Counted from the stretch's first letter, positions 39,304 to 51,905 are shown. The stretch: 64,000 nucleotides of DNA from Octopus sinensis (GCF_006345805.1 NC_043020.1:23188001-23252000), one strand, 5' to 3'. Numbers and translations are program-made. Notes: generated by a model not told the origin, from the sequence alone.

Positions 39304-41928
39304 GTGTGACCGGATCAGAAAGTAAAGGTTCTACCCGGATGGCTGGGTGTCCGTCCTTCGACATGATCATTAATATTTTTAAACATTGCCTTCGTAAAAT
39401 TCATTGTTTATAATCTTATCCGTAATTTCATTCGAAAATTGTAACTGTTAAGCTACTTCACCCTTTATATTTGTCTGTCCTTGTTTGTCCCCTCTTTGTA
39501 AATGCCTAAATGGCAAATTATATGAAATAAAGTAGCTTGTTTACCAACCACATGGTTCCGTGTTCAGTCCCACTGCGTGGTACCTTGGGCAAGTGTCTTC
39601 TACTATAGCCGCAGGCCGACCAATGCCTTGTGAGTGGATTTGGTAGACGGAAACTGAAAAGAAGCCCGTCGTATATATGTATATATATATGCGTGTGTGT
39701 GTTTGTGTGTCTGTGTTTGTGTGTCTGTGTTTGTTTCCCTAGCATTGCTTGACAACCGATGCTGGTGTGTTTATGTCCCCGTTACTTAGCGGTTCGGCAA
39801 AAGAGACCGATAGAATAAGTACTGGGCTTACATAGAATAAGTTCCGGGGTCGAGTTACTCGATTAAAGGCGGTGCTCCAGCATAGGCGCAGTTAAATGAC
39901 TGAAACAAGTAAAAGAGTATAAGAGAGTTGAGAAGAAATATGCGTTTTGGTAGGTTTGTGACAATTCTGAATATGTTTATATATTATTAAACATCTTAAG
40001 CTAAGCATAGTTTAACACTTGTCGGCATAATATTGGTAACTGGAGAGAAAATAGGAGTTTAGTGAATGCACACAGACTGGCGTGATAAATTTTAAAAAGT
40101 GACGGAGGAAAATTCTCAAGTGTTTCTATGGCATAGAAAAGTAGTTTTAAATTGGCTGCTAACACATTTGATTTGGAGACAAAAGTAATTTTTAATTAAT
40201 ATGAATGACCCAGTTAAAAGAAACGAGAAAAAGAATTACATTATCAATCCTGATCACGAAAGGTATGAGGGGTAACTTCAGCATTTAAGTTAATTAATTT
40301 TAATTTAATATAGAAAGCAATGATAAATGAGAGTTTTCACCGCAGATCTCTGTTGTTAATTAGTTAAAATTACACAAATTAACATTTGCATTGAATATAA
40401 TACAGTTAACTAATTCGTAATATTGCAATTAACCTTATCAATGAATTTATACTTCTTCTTAATAAGGTCTTAATAATCAATTCATTAGAATAAAACCTTG
40501 CCAAATAAAAAGGAGACCCTTAAATTACCATATTAAAGAAAATAATCCCAGGTAATGGCCTATAATTAGGAGCTCCCTGGGATCCCAAATATCTGTAAAA
40601 TTATATTTCAAGGTGTCAGCCCCAAATTTCTTGAGCAAAATTATGTATTTACATCATATTTTGCATACAGATGCAATTTTAAATAATCAATTTTCTCTGC
40701 TTCACTAAATTCTTTATGTTATTAATTATATATTTAATTATGTTATCATGTCCACTATTATCAATTCCATACATGCAAACGAAGTCGCTAATGATAATTC
40801 CTGCTTTAGTTAGCTTACATAACTCTGTTGATCCTATCATAACTACCACAATCACATGTAATTTCGTAAGCAATAAGTATCCAATTAAAATAAGGTGCTG
40901 TAATTATTTAATGTATGTTTATTTAGTGTACCGGGCTAAATCAAAATCCCCCAATCGATTCTGAAAATGTGTTAGTACATACATATCCTGAAATAAACTA
41001 CCATGAAATAATTATAGTTACAAGACCAGCAAGAAATAGCAACTAAATCACATACTGCCTTAAAAAGGAAGATATATATTGAATAATATCCTGATCTGAA
41101 ATGATTGAACGAAGAGTGGGACGGTCGTGGTAGGAAAGCCTTTGGTTATATCTCTGTTGAATCAGGGCTCACTTTGGAGAAAAAAATCATCAAAAAGGAG
41201 AAAACAAACAAGCAACTTAAAGCTCCATGGGCTCATCAAACGAAACATGCTCGTTCGGCGTAAGTAACGGAATGGTGGGATTTCAAAATCATTCCTAGAA
41301 ATGGGGATGCTATTGGTCAAGGCAGAAGATTTTAGTTACTAGCCAGAATCAAATGAAATAGCTAAATAGTAAATGAAAATATATATTAGACATTTACTCG
41401 AAACTTATCACATTTTATCATTTTGGCAATATTCAGCGCTATTCTGTGCTAAATATTTCTTTCTTCTAGAAACAAAAGACCTGAACAGTTTTAGGAGAGA
41501 GGGATAGATGATTATATCGAACGCGTGCACGCGCAGGAGTGGCTGTGTGGTAAGTAGCTTGCTTACCAGCCACATGGTTCCGGGTTCTTCTACTAGTAGT
41601 GTCTTCTACTATAGCCTCGGGCCGACCAAAGCCTTGTGAGTGGATTCGGTAGACGGAAACTGAAAGAAGTTCGTTGTATATATGTATATATATATATATA
41701 TATATATGAGTGGGTGTGTATGTGTGTGTCTGTGTTTGTCTCCCCAAACATCGCTTGGCAACAAAGTCTGAAATTTTGTGTGGGGAGGGGGCCAGTCGAT
41801 TACATCGATCCCTGTGTTCAACTGGTACTTATTTCGTCGACCCCGAAGAGATGAAATGTAAAACAGACCGCAACGGGATTGAACTAAAGATCCACGAGAA
41901 ATGCCGTAATATATTGTGTCCAACGTTA

Positions 41929-42531
41929 TCGATTTTGCCAGCACACAATTTTTGTTAAATGATATTCAGAAGAAAGAACCGTATCTTGCTGCTGGGTATT
42001 GAGTACAAAGATAAAGTATGGATCTTTTCGGTTTGAACGGCAGTTTTTTCTAGCGGTATCATATGAAATTGTCACCCATAATTATGACCCTAGAATCGAT
42101 CTATTGCATTTCAATCTGTTTTAGGGTTAGAGTTAGTTAGGGTTAGGGGTGGGGGAAGGGTATCTTTTTCTTCACAAATGTAAATAAACCCAATCTGTTT
42201 CTTAAACGAGGGACATATTCATACGGCACAGAATTTTTTTTACTTCAATAGACGTCAGTGATTGGTTGAAATAACAGAAATTGAAGAAAAAACAACAAAT
42301 ATCTTACAAACTATAGAATTTTCTCAATAAAGCCAAGAGAAAAAGATGTTTTATAAACACATTTTACCAGTATACGAAGTTTTAAAGTGTTTAGTTACGT
42401 GGAAATTATTTTTAAAAACTGCCGTTCAAACCGAAAAGATCCTCGATTTTGCCAGCACACAATTTTTGTTAAATGATATTCAGAAGAAAGAACCGTATCT
42501 TGTTGCTGGGTATAGAGTGCAAAGATAAAGT
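41929..42531. repeat. 89-bp direct repeats (41929-42017, 42443-42531) flanking the TIR element
   Basis: TCGATTTTGCCAGCACAC...AAAGATAAAGT occurs twice with 3 mismatches. Confidence 0.92.
42020..42442. mobile_element. Non-autonomous TIR element (29-bp perfect TIRs) with internal TTAGGG-like repeats
   Basis: GGATCTTTTCGGTTTGAACGGCAGTTTTT (42020-42048) / AAAAACTGCCGTTCAAACCGAAAAGATCC (42414-42442); TTAGGGTTAGAGTTAGTTAGGGTTAGGG at ~42121-42148. Confidence 0.9.
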
Positions 42532-43392
42532 GTAAATTTGGCATAAATAAGTGGTTTCATGATAAGGATAAAATATTTGAAGAAACGTTTTGTGCTGAGA
42601 AGAAATGACCCATTGCAAATCAAATTCTACCGACGCAGATTCTTCGTATTTATTGAAATGTTGACAGATGACGTTTCTACTGGGAGTTCATTTTTTTTGT
42701 GCTTTATGGCTTAAAGGATTGAAAAAAAATAAAACTTCTAGAATAAAAAAGATAGTTTAATAATTCAAATAAAGTACTTTGTTTTTTGATAGGAAGAATA
42801 TCTTAGAAATGCGAAAAAAGACAACGGAAAGCAAAGAAGCAAACAGAATATTTGATTTAAGGGAAAGATACAGGAACTAAATTACTTTATATGCGTTATA
42901 CAGTTTTTCAGAGCATAAAACCTCTCGGAGATATTTTGTTGCTCTGTTTCTTTTTGTAATGTGGCAAATATAAAAACATATGTATAGGAAATATGGCACC
43001 ATACATACTGCAAGATATTCGTGGAATAGGAAAATTACATTAATAAAATAAGTCATTATTAACTTCACATTATTTCAGCAATGTATTTGAGAGGAGAGCT
43101 GGTTGTTAAACAATTCTGTCTTTCTTCTTTTATATATATCAGATTTCGTTCCTATGTAAGAAATCAATGCTAACAACTAGAGTTTTGCTTCGTGCTGCAT
43201 GTATTTGCGTTATTAGTTACGCCGAGCGATTTCAAGTGTTCTCAGAGGAGAATCGTAATTTGCTTCTTGCCTACAAACATAAAATGGGAATGCACGTGCC
43301 GCTTACATGTCTAACATTCGCTGCGTTATCATACGAAAGAAATCTATTTTCCCACAAGACTGAGCTGATTCTATCTATCTATTCATCTCTCT

Positions 43393-43439
<47 letters not shown>

Positions 43440-43479
43440 CCTCTCTCTCTATCTATTTATCTATCTCTCTCTCTCTATC

Positions 43480-43526
<47 letters not shown>

Positions 43527-43530
43527 AATC

Positions 43531-43579
<49 letters not shown>

Positions 43580-43581
43580 CC

Positions 43582-43681
43582 NNNNNNNNNNNNNNNNNNN
43601 NNNNNNNNNNNNNNNNNNNNNNNNNNNNNNNNNNNNNNNNNNNNNNNNNNNNNNNNNNNNNNNNNNNNNNNNNNNNNNNNN
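43582..43681. other. Assembly gap (100 N) within microsatellite
   Basis: Run of N. Confidence 1.
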
Positions 43682-43900
43682 TCTATCTATCTATCTATCT
43701 ATCTGTCTATCTATTCTCTCTATATATATATATATATATATATACATATATATATAATATATATGTTACCCTTCATAAAGACCCTCCATTTTTATATCCA
43801 ATGTACATTTTCTCTTTTTCTTTTTACCTCCCCTATATAGCATATATCTATATCTATATATATATGCATATACATACATATCTATAGCATATATATAATA

Positions 43901-43935
<35 letters not shown>

Positions 43936-44047
43936 ATATATAATATATATACATATATACATGTATATATACGCTTATATATATATACCAATATATATGT
44001 AAATATATAATATATATGTATTATATATATGTATATGAATACATACG

Positions 44048-44079
<32 letters not shown>

Positions 44080-44230
44080 ATTGAGTAGTTGAATGAATTA
44101 TCTTATGGATAATTCGGTTAACCGATACCTGGGTAGCAAATTTCCGTCAGAAAAACATGGTTGAAGCTACATGCCTAGGGCAGAGATCACGTGCTATCGT
44201 GTGGAAATTTGTGTGTTTTTTTTAATACAA

Positions 44231-45171
44231 ATAATGAAAGAATGGAGTTGAACGACGAATTAACAAAATTCCTTTATTTTATTGTCGACATATGTTTCGA
44301 AGGCGGCATATTCCTAATTTCGAAGGAATAAGGGGTGCATTATGCCGCCTTCTTATCAGGAAAAGTAAGGAACTTATGTCAGCATCAAGATGCACAAACA
44401 TTTTTAGATGGCTGCCCACACGGAGCCCATAGCGATAGTGAGTATTTCTTTAAAATATTCGTTATAGGCAGTGACGTCAAAAATGGTTGAATGTAGAAGA
44501 TTTTAGAAGGTTAAAGGGTTCAAAGAAGGTTGGAGGAGAGAGACCTAAGAATAGGAAGGTAAAGGGGTGCAGGTCAAATGAATGGTGATTTTGTTGTTTT
44601 CTTTTGTGAATGTGTGCCTATGTGTGTGTATGTATATAACTGCATTAATGGCTATGTGTGTGTATGTGTGTGCGTGATTGTGTGTGTGGATGGGTAGAAG
44701 CTAAAAATAGACAGTGGTGAAGTGACAGGTTTGTGTCTATGTGTTTGATTGTGCTTACGATAGAGAGAGGGAAGAGAGAGAGAGAGAAAGGAGGGCGAGT
44801 TATAGAGACAAAGGTAAAACACACCTCAATGGGTTGGGTAGTAGTTCTTTAAGAGTATAAAAATTGACTATAGGGGTGATATATAAATGGGACTATATTA
44901 TTAAAATTCAAGGAGGTTATCTATATTAATCATTATTCATATGAGTGAAAAGTGTGTTTTTGCCAGTGCATGCATCTAAAGGATTTCTCGACCATTGTAT
45001 TTATTAAAGGAACTTTGGCGAACAAAATATGGAAAAGTTCGGAATTACATTCGGCATAATGCACCCCTTATTCCTTCGAAATTAGGAATATGCCGCCTTC
45101 GAAACATATGTCGAAAATAAAATAAAGGAATTTTGTTTATTCGACGTTCAACTCCATTCTTTCATTTATTC

Positions 45172-45172
<1 letters not shown>
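44231..45172 (-). mobile_element. Truncated Penelope-like element with inverted pseudo-LTR and hammerhead
   Basis: 44231-44347 is inverted relative to 45052-45172. The minus strand at 44935-45045 gives SELFHILFAKVPLINTMVEKSFRCMHWQK*, resembling a PLE endonuclease C-terminus. Confidence 0.75.
44282..44364 (-). ncRNA. Hammerhead ribozyme relic (core CUGAUAA)
   Basis: TTTTC-CTGATAA-GAAGGCGGCATA...TATGCCGCCTTC-GAAA-CATATG-TC; perfect 12-bp stem II and palindromic stem III. Confidence 0.7.
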
Positions 45173-45224
<52 letters not shown>

Positions 45225-45231
45225 GTATACA

Positions 45232-45720
45232 TCTATCTATATCTATAAAACAGAGAATGTATATCTGTCTGTATATGTGAATCTCCAAAACTCGAGAAGT
45301 ACCAAGCCGATTTTATTCAAATGTTGCACATGCACTACTTGGGGTCCATCGAGTGTCATGGGCCAAAAAACCTTTCAATGTCTTGCTTAATGCGGGCCCG
45401 GAGCAATTTTTACAGTGATTCGGTAGTGTGTGTCAAAAGTGAAAGAATTACATCTATATTGTAATGTGAAATAATATTGTTTCACTTTTAGCTTTCAATT
45501 TTAATTCTAATGTAATCAGAAGATAATATTGTTTTACTTTTATTCTTTTCCTTTTAATTGCAATGTGCTAACATTAGCATCTTATTTTACACATTTGCCG
45601 TTTAATTACCAGTTAATAATTGCTGTAGCAGTTGCAAGTTTCCAGGGTATTTACAGGAGGTTATTAACCCTTAAAATAACTTTTGATACATGTGCTTCAT
45701 CTCTCTATATAAAATTCTTT
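45232..45720 (+). mobile_element. Possible non-autonomous Helitron-like 5' end(s)
   Basis: TCTATATCTATAAAA...TCTGTCTGT...CCGATTTT at ~45236 and TCTCTATATAAAA...GTCTGT at ~45700 resemble invertebrate Helitron 5' ends; no 3' hairpin-CTAG identified. Confidence 0.4.
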
Positions 45721-46298
45721 GTTTGACTGTCTGTTTCCAATGCATTCTCAAATGACGACAACGTCACATTTTCTATGTGAGTGTCTATGTGTGTGTGAGT
45801 GTATGAGTGTGTATGTGTCTGAGTGTGTGTGTTTCCGCGTTGCATATGTGACGACTGACATTCCCTATCCAATCCTAATATACGACGGTACTTGTAGCTT
45901 AGCAATTAATTAATCAACGATTTGCGTAAATCACATGCATCCGGAATTTAATTTACTGATGAGTTCTGTTGAGGTCTCGTTTAGTCCTCCCTGACATTCG
46001 AAATCGAATCTAGAAATTCTCCCTAGACATACAGCCTATTGTTCTGTCAAAGTGGTACGCAGATCTACATGTTTTGCACTTGACTCTTAGCCTTTTCTAT
46101 GCCATGAAATGTTTATTTAGGCATTGTTTAAACGATATATCTCTTTTTTTACCTGGCCGGCATACTTTTAAGTAGAAGCAGTTCCAACCAGACCACTACA
46201 GACATAGAGAGGACGGGAGGGAGCAATCGGGCGTTATGATGACACACACTCGAAAGAATTACTGCTTTCTGATTATATATAATTCTTATTATATTTAT

Positions 46299-47306
46299 AG
46301 GATCTTTGTGGTTTTCGTCACTGCATGTCGAAATTAAAAAAAAATTTTAATGTTTCAAATAGATGTAATTTTTGACGTTGAATTCGTATTTGTTATTCAT
46401 TTATTCCAGATGAATTTAGCGAAAATTTTAAAGGTGTTCAAAATTTGATAATATTCAGAATTATCAGCCAATCAAACAGCGTGTTCGCTGCCTCTTCCAT
46501 CATCAAGGTGTGTGTCGGGCACCGACATATCAAAACATTAAACTAGCTTCAGTTAGCTATCAAAAGCATTAAAGCATTCTTGGGCAAATTAAATATTTGA
46601 AAGCTACGAAGAAACTAACAAGAGTTGCTAGAAATAACAGTCAAAAATTTAAAATATACACGAACAAAGTTAACAGAGAGAACAGTGAAAAAAAAACATT
46701 AAAACATTCGCGAGTAAATTAAATATTTAAATAATACGAGCAAACCAACAGGAGTTGCTAGAAATACTACTCAAAATTTTGCTTAAAACAGACATTTATT
46801 AGTTTAAAAAAATTTCAAGAACGAATGTTTGCAATACCCACTGAGATTTTATAAACTAAATTACCATATCTCATATCTCCTTCTCCACATAAATTCACAA
46901 AGATAAGAGTCAACTATGGAACGGTGTTGCTCACACCGGCGTTTGTTTCCATGCTTTAAAGATGCCCAGGTACTTTCAATTTGTTGAGTGTGAATTCCTT
47001 GTGCCGCATCTTTGGTTACTATAGAAACAGAGTTTTTTGCAATCAGCTATGGAACAAGTGGTGCTGCTTTGCTTTGATTACTATGGAAACAAAGTTCTTC
47101 ACCACGGTGTTGTGTAGAATATTCGCTTCTGATTGGCTAAAATACCCAAATTTTGCAAATTTCAAAGGCTAATAACATTTTAATAATGGATTTATAGGGA
47201 AAATGAATGTCATTTTCATAATTAATATACAAAACTTAATTCATATACAAAATTTTGAAACAAATGGAACAAAATTGCTGGCAGTGGCGAAAACCACAAA
47301 TAACCC
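46299..47306. mobile_element. ~1-kb non-autonomous DNA transposon (unclassified) with internal direct repeat
   Basis: Imperfect TIRs TTTGTGGTTTTCGTCACTGC / GCAGTGGCGAAAACCACAAA; diverged ~90-bp direct repeats at ~46565 and ~46695. Confidence 0.65.
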
Positions 47307-48039
47307 ATTTTTATTACTTACTCTAACAGTAAATCTTAGTGCATTTCGTCCTGTTTCTTTACGTCATACCCCGAAGGAAGAGTCATTCTACTGGCTGAAA
47401 AACTGCGAAAGCGGTGTGATTGACAGGAACGAGGGCTAATAAAAGGTCACTGGGAACTGCAATTAGACGATCACAAAATACTGAACGTACAGCCACTGCA
47501 AGAGCACTCGAAAACGATGACCAACGAACCACTAGTCTGCTGCGTCAACTGTTGCTGTACGAGCTGTAGAGAAACAAGCACTAGCGTAAACGTCGCCGGA
47601 CCGCTGATACTGTGTCAACTGGTGCTGCAGGAACTGCACGAACACACAAATATACACACGCGCACACAGACACACACACCACACACAGACACACACACGA
47701 GACTATAGTAGAAGACACTTGGCCAAGGTGCCACGCAGTGAGACTGAACCCGGAACCGTGTGGTTGGTAAACAAGCTACTTACCACACAGACACTCCTAC
47801 ATATATATATACTCTTTTACTCTTTTACTTTTTTAAGTCATTTGACTCCGGCCATGCTGGAGCACCGCCTTTGATCGAGCAACTCTACCCCAGCACTTAT
47901 TCTTTTGTAAGCCTAGTACTTATTCTGTCGGTCACTTTTGCCGAACCGCTAAGTAACGGGGACATAAACACACCAGCATCGGTTGTCAAGCAATGCTAGG
48001 GGGACAAACACAGACACACAAACACACACACGCATATAT

Positions 48040-48090
<51 letters not shown>

Positions 48091-48294
48091 CACATATTTA
48101 CGACGGGCTTCTTTCAGTTTCAGTCTACCAAATCCACTCATAAGGCTTCGGTCGGCCCGAGGCTATAGTAGAAGACTTGCCCATGGTGCCATGCAGTGGG
48201 ACTGAACCCAGAACCATGTGGTCGGTAAACAATCTACTTACCACGCAGCCACTCCTACACACACACACACACACACGTCTAGAGACATTTATTA

Positions 48295-48515
48295 AGTCAA
48301 TATAGATAACACACGCACTGGTTCAGATCCACTCCTTTATTATTAGTCAATTGTTTAAATATCGAAATCCTTGATCAACTGTTTGTTTAACTTGGTTAAA
48401 CACTAAATCTTTTGTTCAACCGAGTTAAACAAGCAATCGATTAGTAAGTTGCATATTTAACTAACAGGCGAATAATAGACGAGCGGAACTGGACCAGTGC
48501 GTGTCTTATTGATTC
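48295..48515. repeat. Degenerate fold-back hairpin (MITE-like)
   Basis: ACACGCACTGGTTCAGATCCACTC vs GAGCGGAACTGGACCAGTGCGTGT; TGTTTAACTTGGTT vs AACCGAGTTAAACA. Confidence 0.7.
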
Positions 48516-49077
48516 TGTGATTCTGGCATAGTAATGATTCTCCCTAGATACAACAAGATTTGTTACAATGCGCAAATTCACATAAACATTCTTGCAAGCC
48601 ACATCGAAAAACAATATGTACATATATGCGTAGATAAAATACCTGACCGGTAATCAAAGTGATGCGAGTTTGTGTCTCATGGATGGTTGCTGAAATATTC
48701 TTCGCTTTATATGGGTATCTTATCCAATCTCTACATAATCTCTATATAATATACACACACACGCATACACACACACACATATATATATACACACACACAT
48801 ATATATATACATACAAACATACATACATACATACATACATACATACATACATACATACATACATACATACATACATGTGTGTGTATAATACATTAAAAGT
48901 GATCTTGAGTCTTGCTAGCTAGCTTGCAATGTTACCCAGCCAAACTGGCGCATAACTGGAAAATTCTCCGAAAATGACTTAACCTTGAAAAGGAAGAAAC
49001 TCTTACCTTCTTATTAGTCACAGTGATTGATTTGGAAACGAAAAATTACGATTTGGTTTTTACAGGAAATGTTTATA

Positions 49078-50025
49078 TTTTCAATAATAGAAATATTAAA
49101 ATTACTAAGTCTCTCTAAAAGAGAACAACGGCAGCGTTCCCGGAAAATATTAGTTATCGCCATACTAATATGGCATTCTTATAAAAATAAGAATAAAGCT
49201 GTCCGCTTATTAGCTCCATGAGGCCATCGCCTTAAGTTAGCTATTTGATACACAAACTGTATCCATATAACCTTTGAACAAGGGAGGTCAGTCGCTCCAC
49301 ACTACTTGGCCGGCAGCTACAGACGCGTTTCGGGGTATTGCCCCTTTTTAATGCAGCGTAGCCAGACCAGTAGGTGTCGCTTCTGACAATCTCTGTTCAA
49401 AGGTTTTATTTACCTAGCTTCGGTGGAATACATCCACTTGTTTTCAATAGAAATATTAAAATTACTAAGTCTCTCTAAAAGAGAACAACGGCAGCGTTCC
49501 CGGAAAATATTAGTTATCGCTATACTAATATGGCATTCTTATAAAAATAAGAATAAAGCTGTCCGCTTATTAGCTCCATGAGGCCATCGCATGGAGCTAA
49601 TAAGCGGACAGCTTTATTCTTATTTTTATAAGAATGCCATATTAGTATGGCGATAACTAATATTTTCCGGGAACGCTGCCGTTGTTCTCTTTTAGAGAGA
49701 CTTAGTAATTTTAATATTTCTATTATTGAAAACAAGTGGATGTATTCCACCGAAGCTAGGTAAATAAAACCTTTGAACAGAGATTTTCAGAAGCGACACC
49801 TACTGGTCTGGCTACGCTGCATTGAAAAGGGGCAATACCCCGAAACGCGTCTGTAGCTGCCGGCCAAGTAGTGTGGAGCGACTGACCTCCCTTGTTCAAA
49901 GGTTATATGGATACAGTTTGTGTATCAAATAGCTAACTTAAGGCGATGGCCTCATGGAGCTAATAAGCGTAGGCTTTATTCTTATTTTTATAAGAATGCC
50001 ATATTAGTATGGCGATAACTAATAG
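49078..50025. mobile_element. Hammerhead-containing 360-bp repeat in partial tandem plus inverted (palindromic) arrangement; retrozyme/PLE-like
   Basis: AAATATTAAAATTACTAAGT at 49091 and 49451 (period 360). Arms ~49147-49580 and 49590-50024 are near-perfect reverse complements. Confidence 0.88.
49816..49857 (+). ncRNA. Minimal type I hammerhead ribozyme, U3-A8 variant core
   Basis: Stem I GCTGCA/TGTAGC, core TTGAAAA, stem II GGGG/CCCC, GAAA, palindromic CGCG, GTC. Confidence 0.75.
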
Positions 50026-50865
50026 TTTATATTTTCGTTTTTGTTAAACACAAAATTTTAATCATTTACAAATATCTTAAAGTGAATGTAATTTCAAATA
50101 TATGTCTTGTTTGCACAGTATTTACATTTTAGCTCTCTTTAAACAGACAGTATTTTAATGTTTGTTTTTAATTATTTTCAAATGAATACAATTACAAAAA
50201 GTTTTTGGCATATTTTAGAAATATTTTAGAATGAAAAGACCCATTCGTAAAATAGGTTTTTTCATGGACTTTTTCGAGTGCATTCAACCTATCACACCTC
50301 GAAACATTTGGCTGCTATTTCTAACATGGCCTGCTACCATGTAGCAGCTATTCACGATAAAGGACCCTGAATAGCTGTTACGTGTTAGCAGGGCGTCCAA
50401 AGAATAGCAAGTAAATCTTTCTTTTCCTGGGGAGAGGAGCTGTTTTTACGCGTGATTTCGATGTCACATTCGTTGATAGCATACGAAATAACCTGGAAGA
50501 GAAAAATCCCACGAAACAAAACTCCGTTGCTGGGAAACTCAGACTTTCGCGGTGATCCCACGGGTCACGGGTAGCCAAATATATATATATATATATATAT
50601 ATACGTATATATATTATATATACTTCACACACACACACATACAAGGATGGCCATAAGTCGTTTTAGCCATTTCTATATTTTTATTAAAAGTGTGTAAACC
50701 GACTAATAGTGTGTATGTTAGTGTTCGCGCTTATTTGCCTGCGTGTGTGTGTGTGTGTACGTATGTATGTATGTCTCTCTCACTTTGTCCCTTTCACTTT
50801 AGCTCTCTCCCGCTTTCTCTCTCTCTCTGTATATATGCACACACATACACCACCACATATACACA

Positions 50866-50898
<33 letters not shown>

Positions 50899-50934
50899 TA
50901 TATATATAATATATAGATATATTATATATATATA

Positions 50935-50990
<56 letters not shown>

Positions 50991-51225
50991 ATTAATCCAA
51001 ACAAGAAAGCAAAAAAGCACAACAACGCGAGGACGTGAACAAATATAGTATTATTCGACGCTCAGGAAAGAAGGAAAGAAGGAGGGTTTAACGTTTCGAG
51101 TGGAGCTCTTGTCGGAAACATAGGAGAAGGAAGGATCCAGAGAAGGGAAGACAGAGGAAAAAAATCGCCAACGGTACACACGCGGTCACATTTTGAATAT
51201 ATATATATATAATATATATATATAT

Positions 51226-51274
<49 letters not shown>

Positions 51275-51306
51275 CACACACACATATATAATGTGCATAT
51301 TATATA

Positions 51307-51349
<43 letters not shown>

Positions 51350-51884
51350 GGTCGCACACAGATGATTCATGTCCCCAGAACCACGTATCGATCTTGAAAC
51401 ACTAGCGAACAGTATTACCCTAAAAATACAATTTCCCATTAACCCTGAAGACATACGCTACCGACGAACAATAAAACAGTTAGGAGCTACATTATCCGAA
51501 GTACACAAACATTTCTAACAGGAAGTGACAATGACATTAACGAGACATTAACGGGAGCCGAAACACATAAAATATATACCAAGCAACATACTGAGATATA
51601 ACACAACTGATCGACTCCATTCGTTGGAAATGTTCGCTCATTAAATCAGCCTCTAATTTACATACATATGAATTTTATAAATGGTTGTTGGGTCGACCCT
51701 GGTCAGGTTTGAAATATAAATTCGTGAAAGGAATTGAATAAAGTGCAATGCAAACCATAACAACCAAAGGGATAAATAATGACTTATATACGATATGATG
51801 GCTAAATCATCTACAAATGTTGATTTCTAAAATTCAATGAATTATGGTTTTTGGCATAATTTTGTTAATGATAAAAGAGGACAC

Positions 51885-51905
51885 TTATTATTATTGTTGT
51901 TGTTG

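Larger units (their letters stand above)
34152..39529 (+). mobile_element. Near full-length Tx1-clade (L1 group) non-LTR retrotransposon inserted in the SINE-B head
   Basis: Two-ORF layout. TSD AAGTAGCTTGCTAACC (34136-34151) / AAGTAGCTTGTTTACC (39530-39545). SINE-B head at 34113-34151 resumes at 39530-39925. Confidence 0.95.

Noticed and set aside
40270-40980. Possible decayed LINE endonuclease region on the minus strand
   Set aside because: Only faint motif resemblance with many stop codons; cannot be supported.
42121-42150. Interstitial telomere
   Set aside because: Only a few imperfect TTAGGG units, internal to a TIR element.
49027-49750. Duplicated short ORFs (FSIIEILKLLSLSKREQ...)
   Set aside because: By-product of the tandem/palindromic repeat; no recognisable domain.
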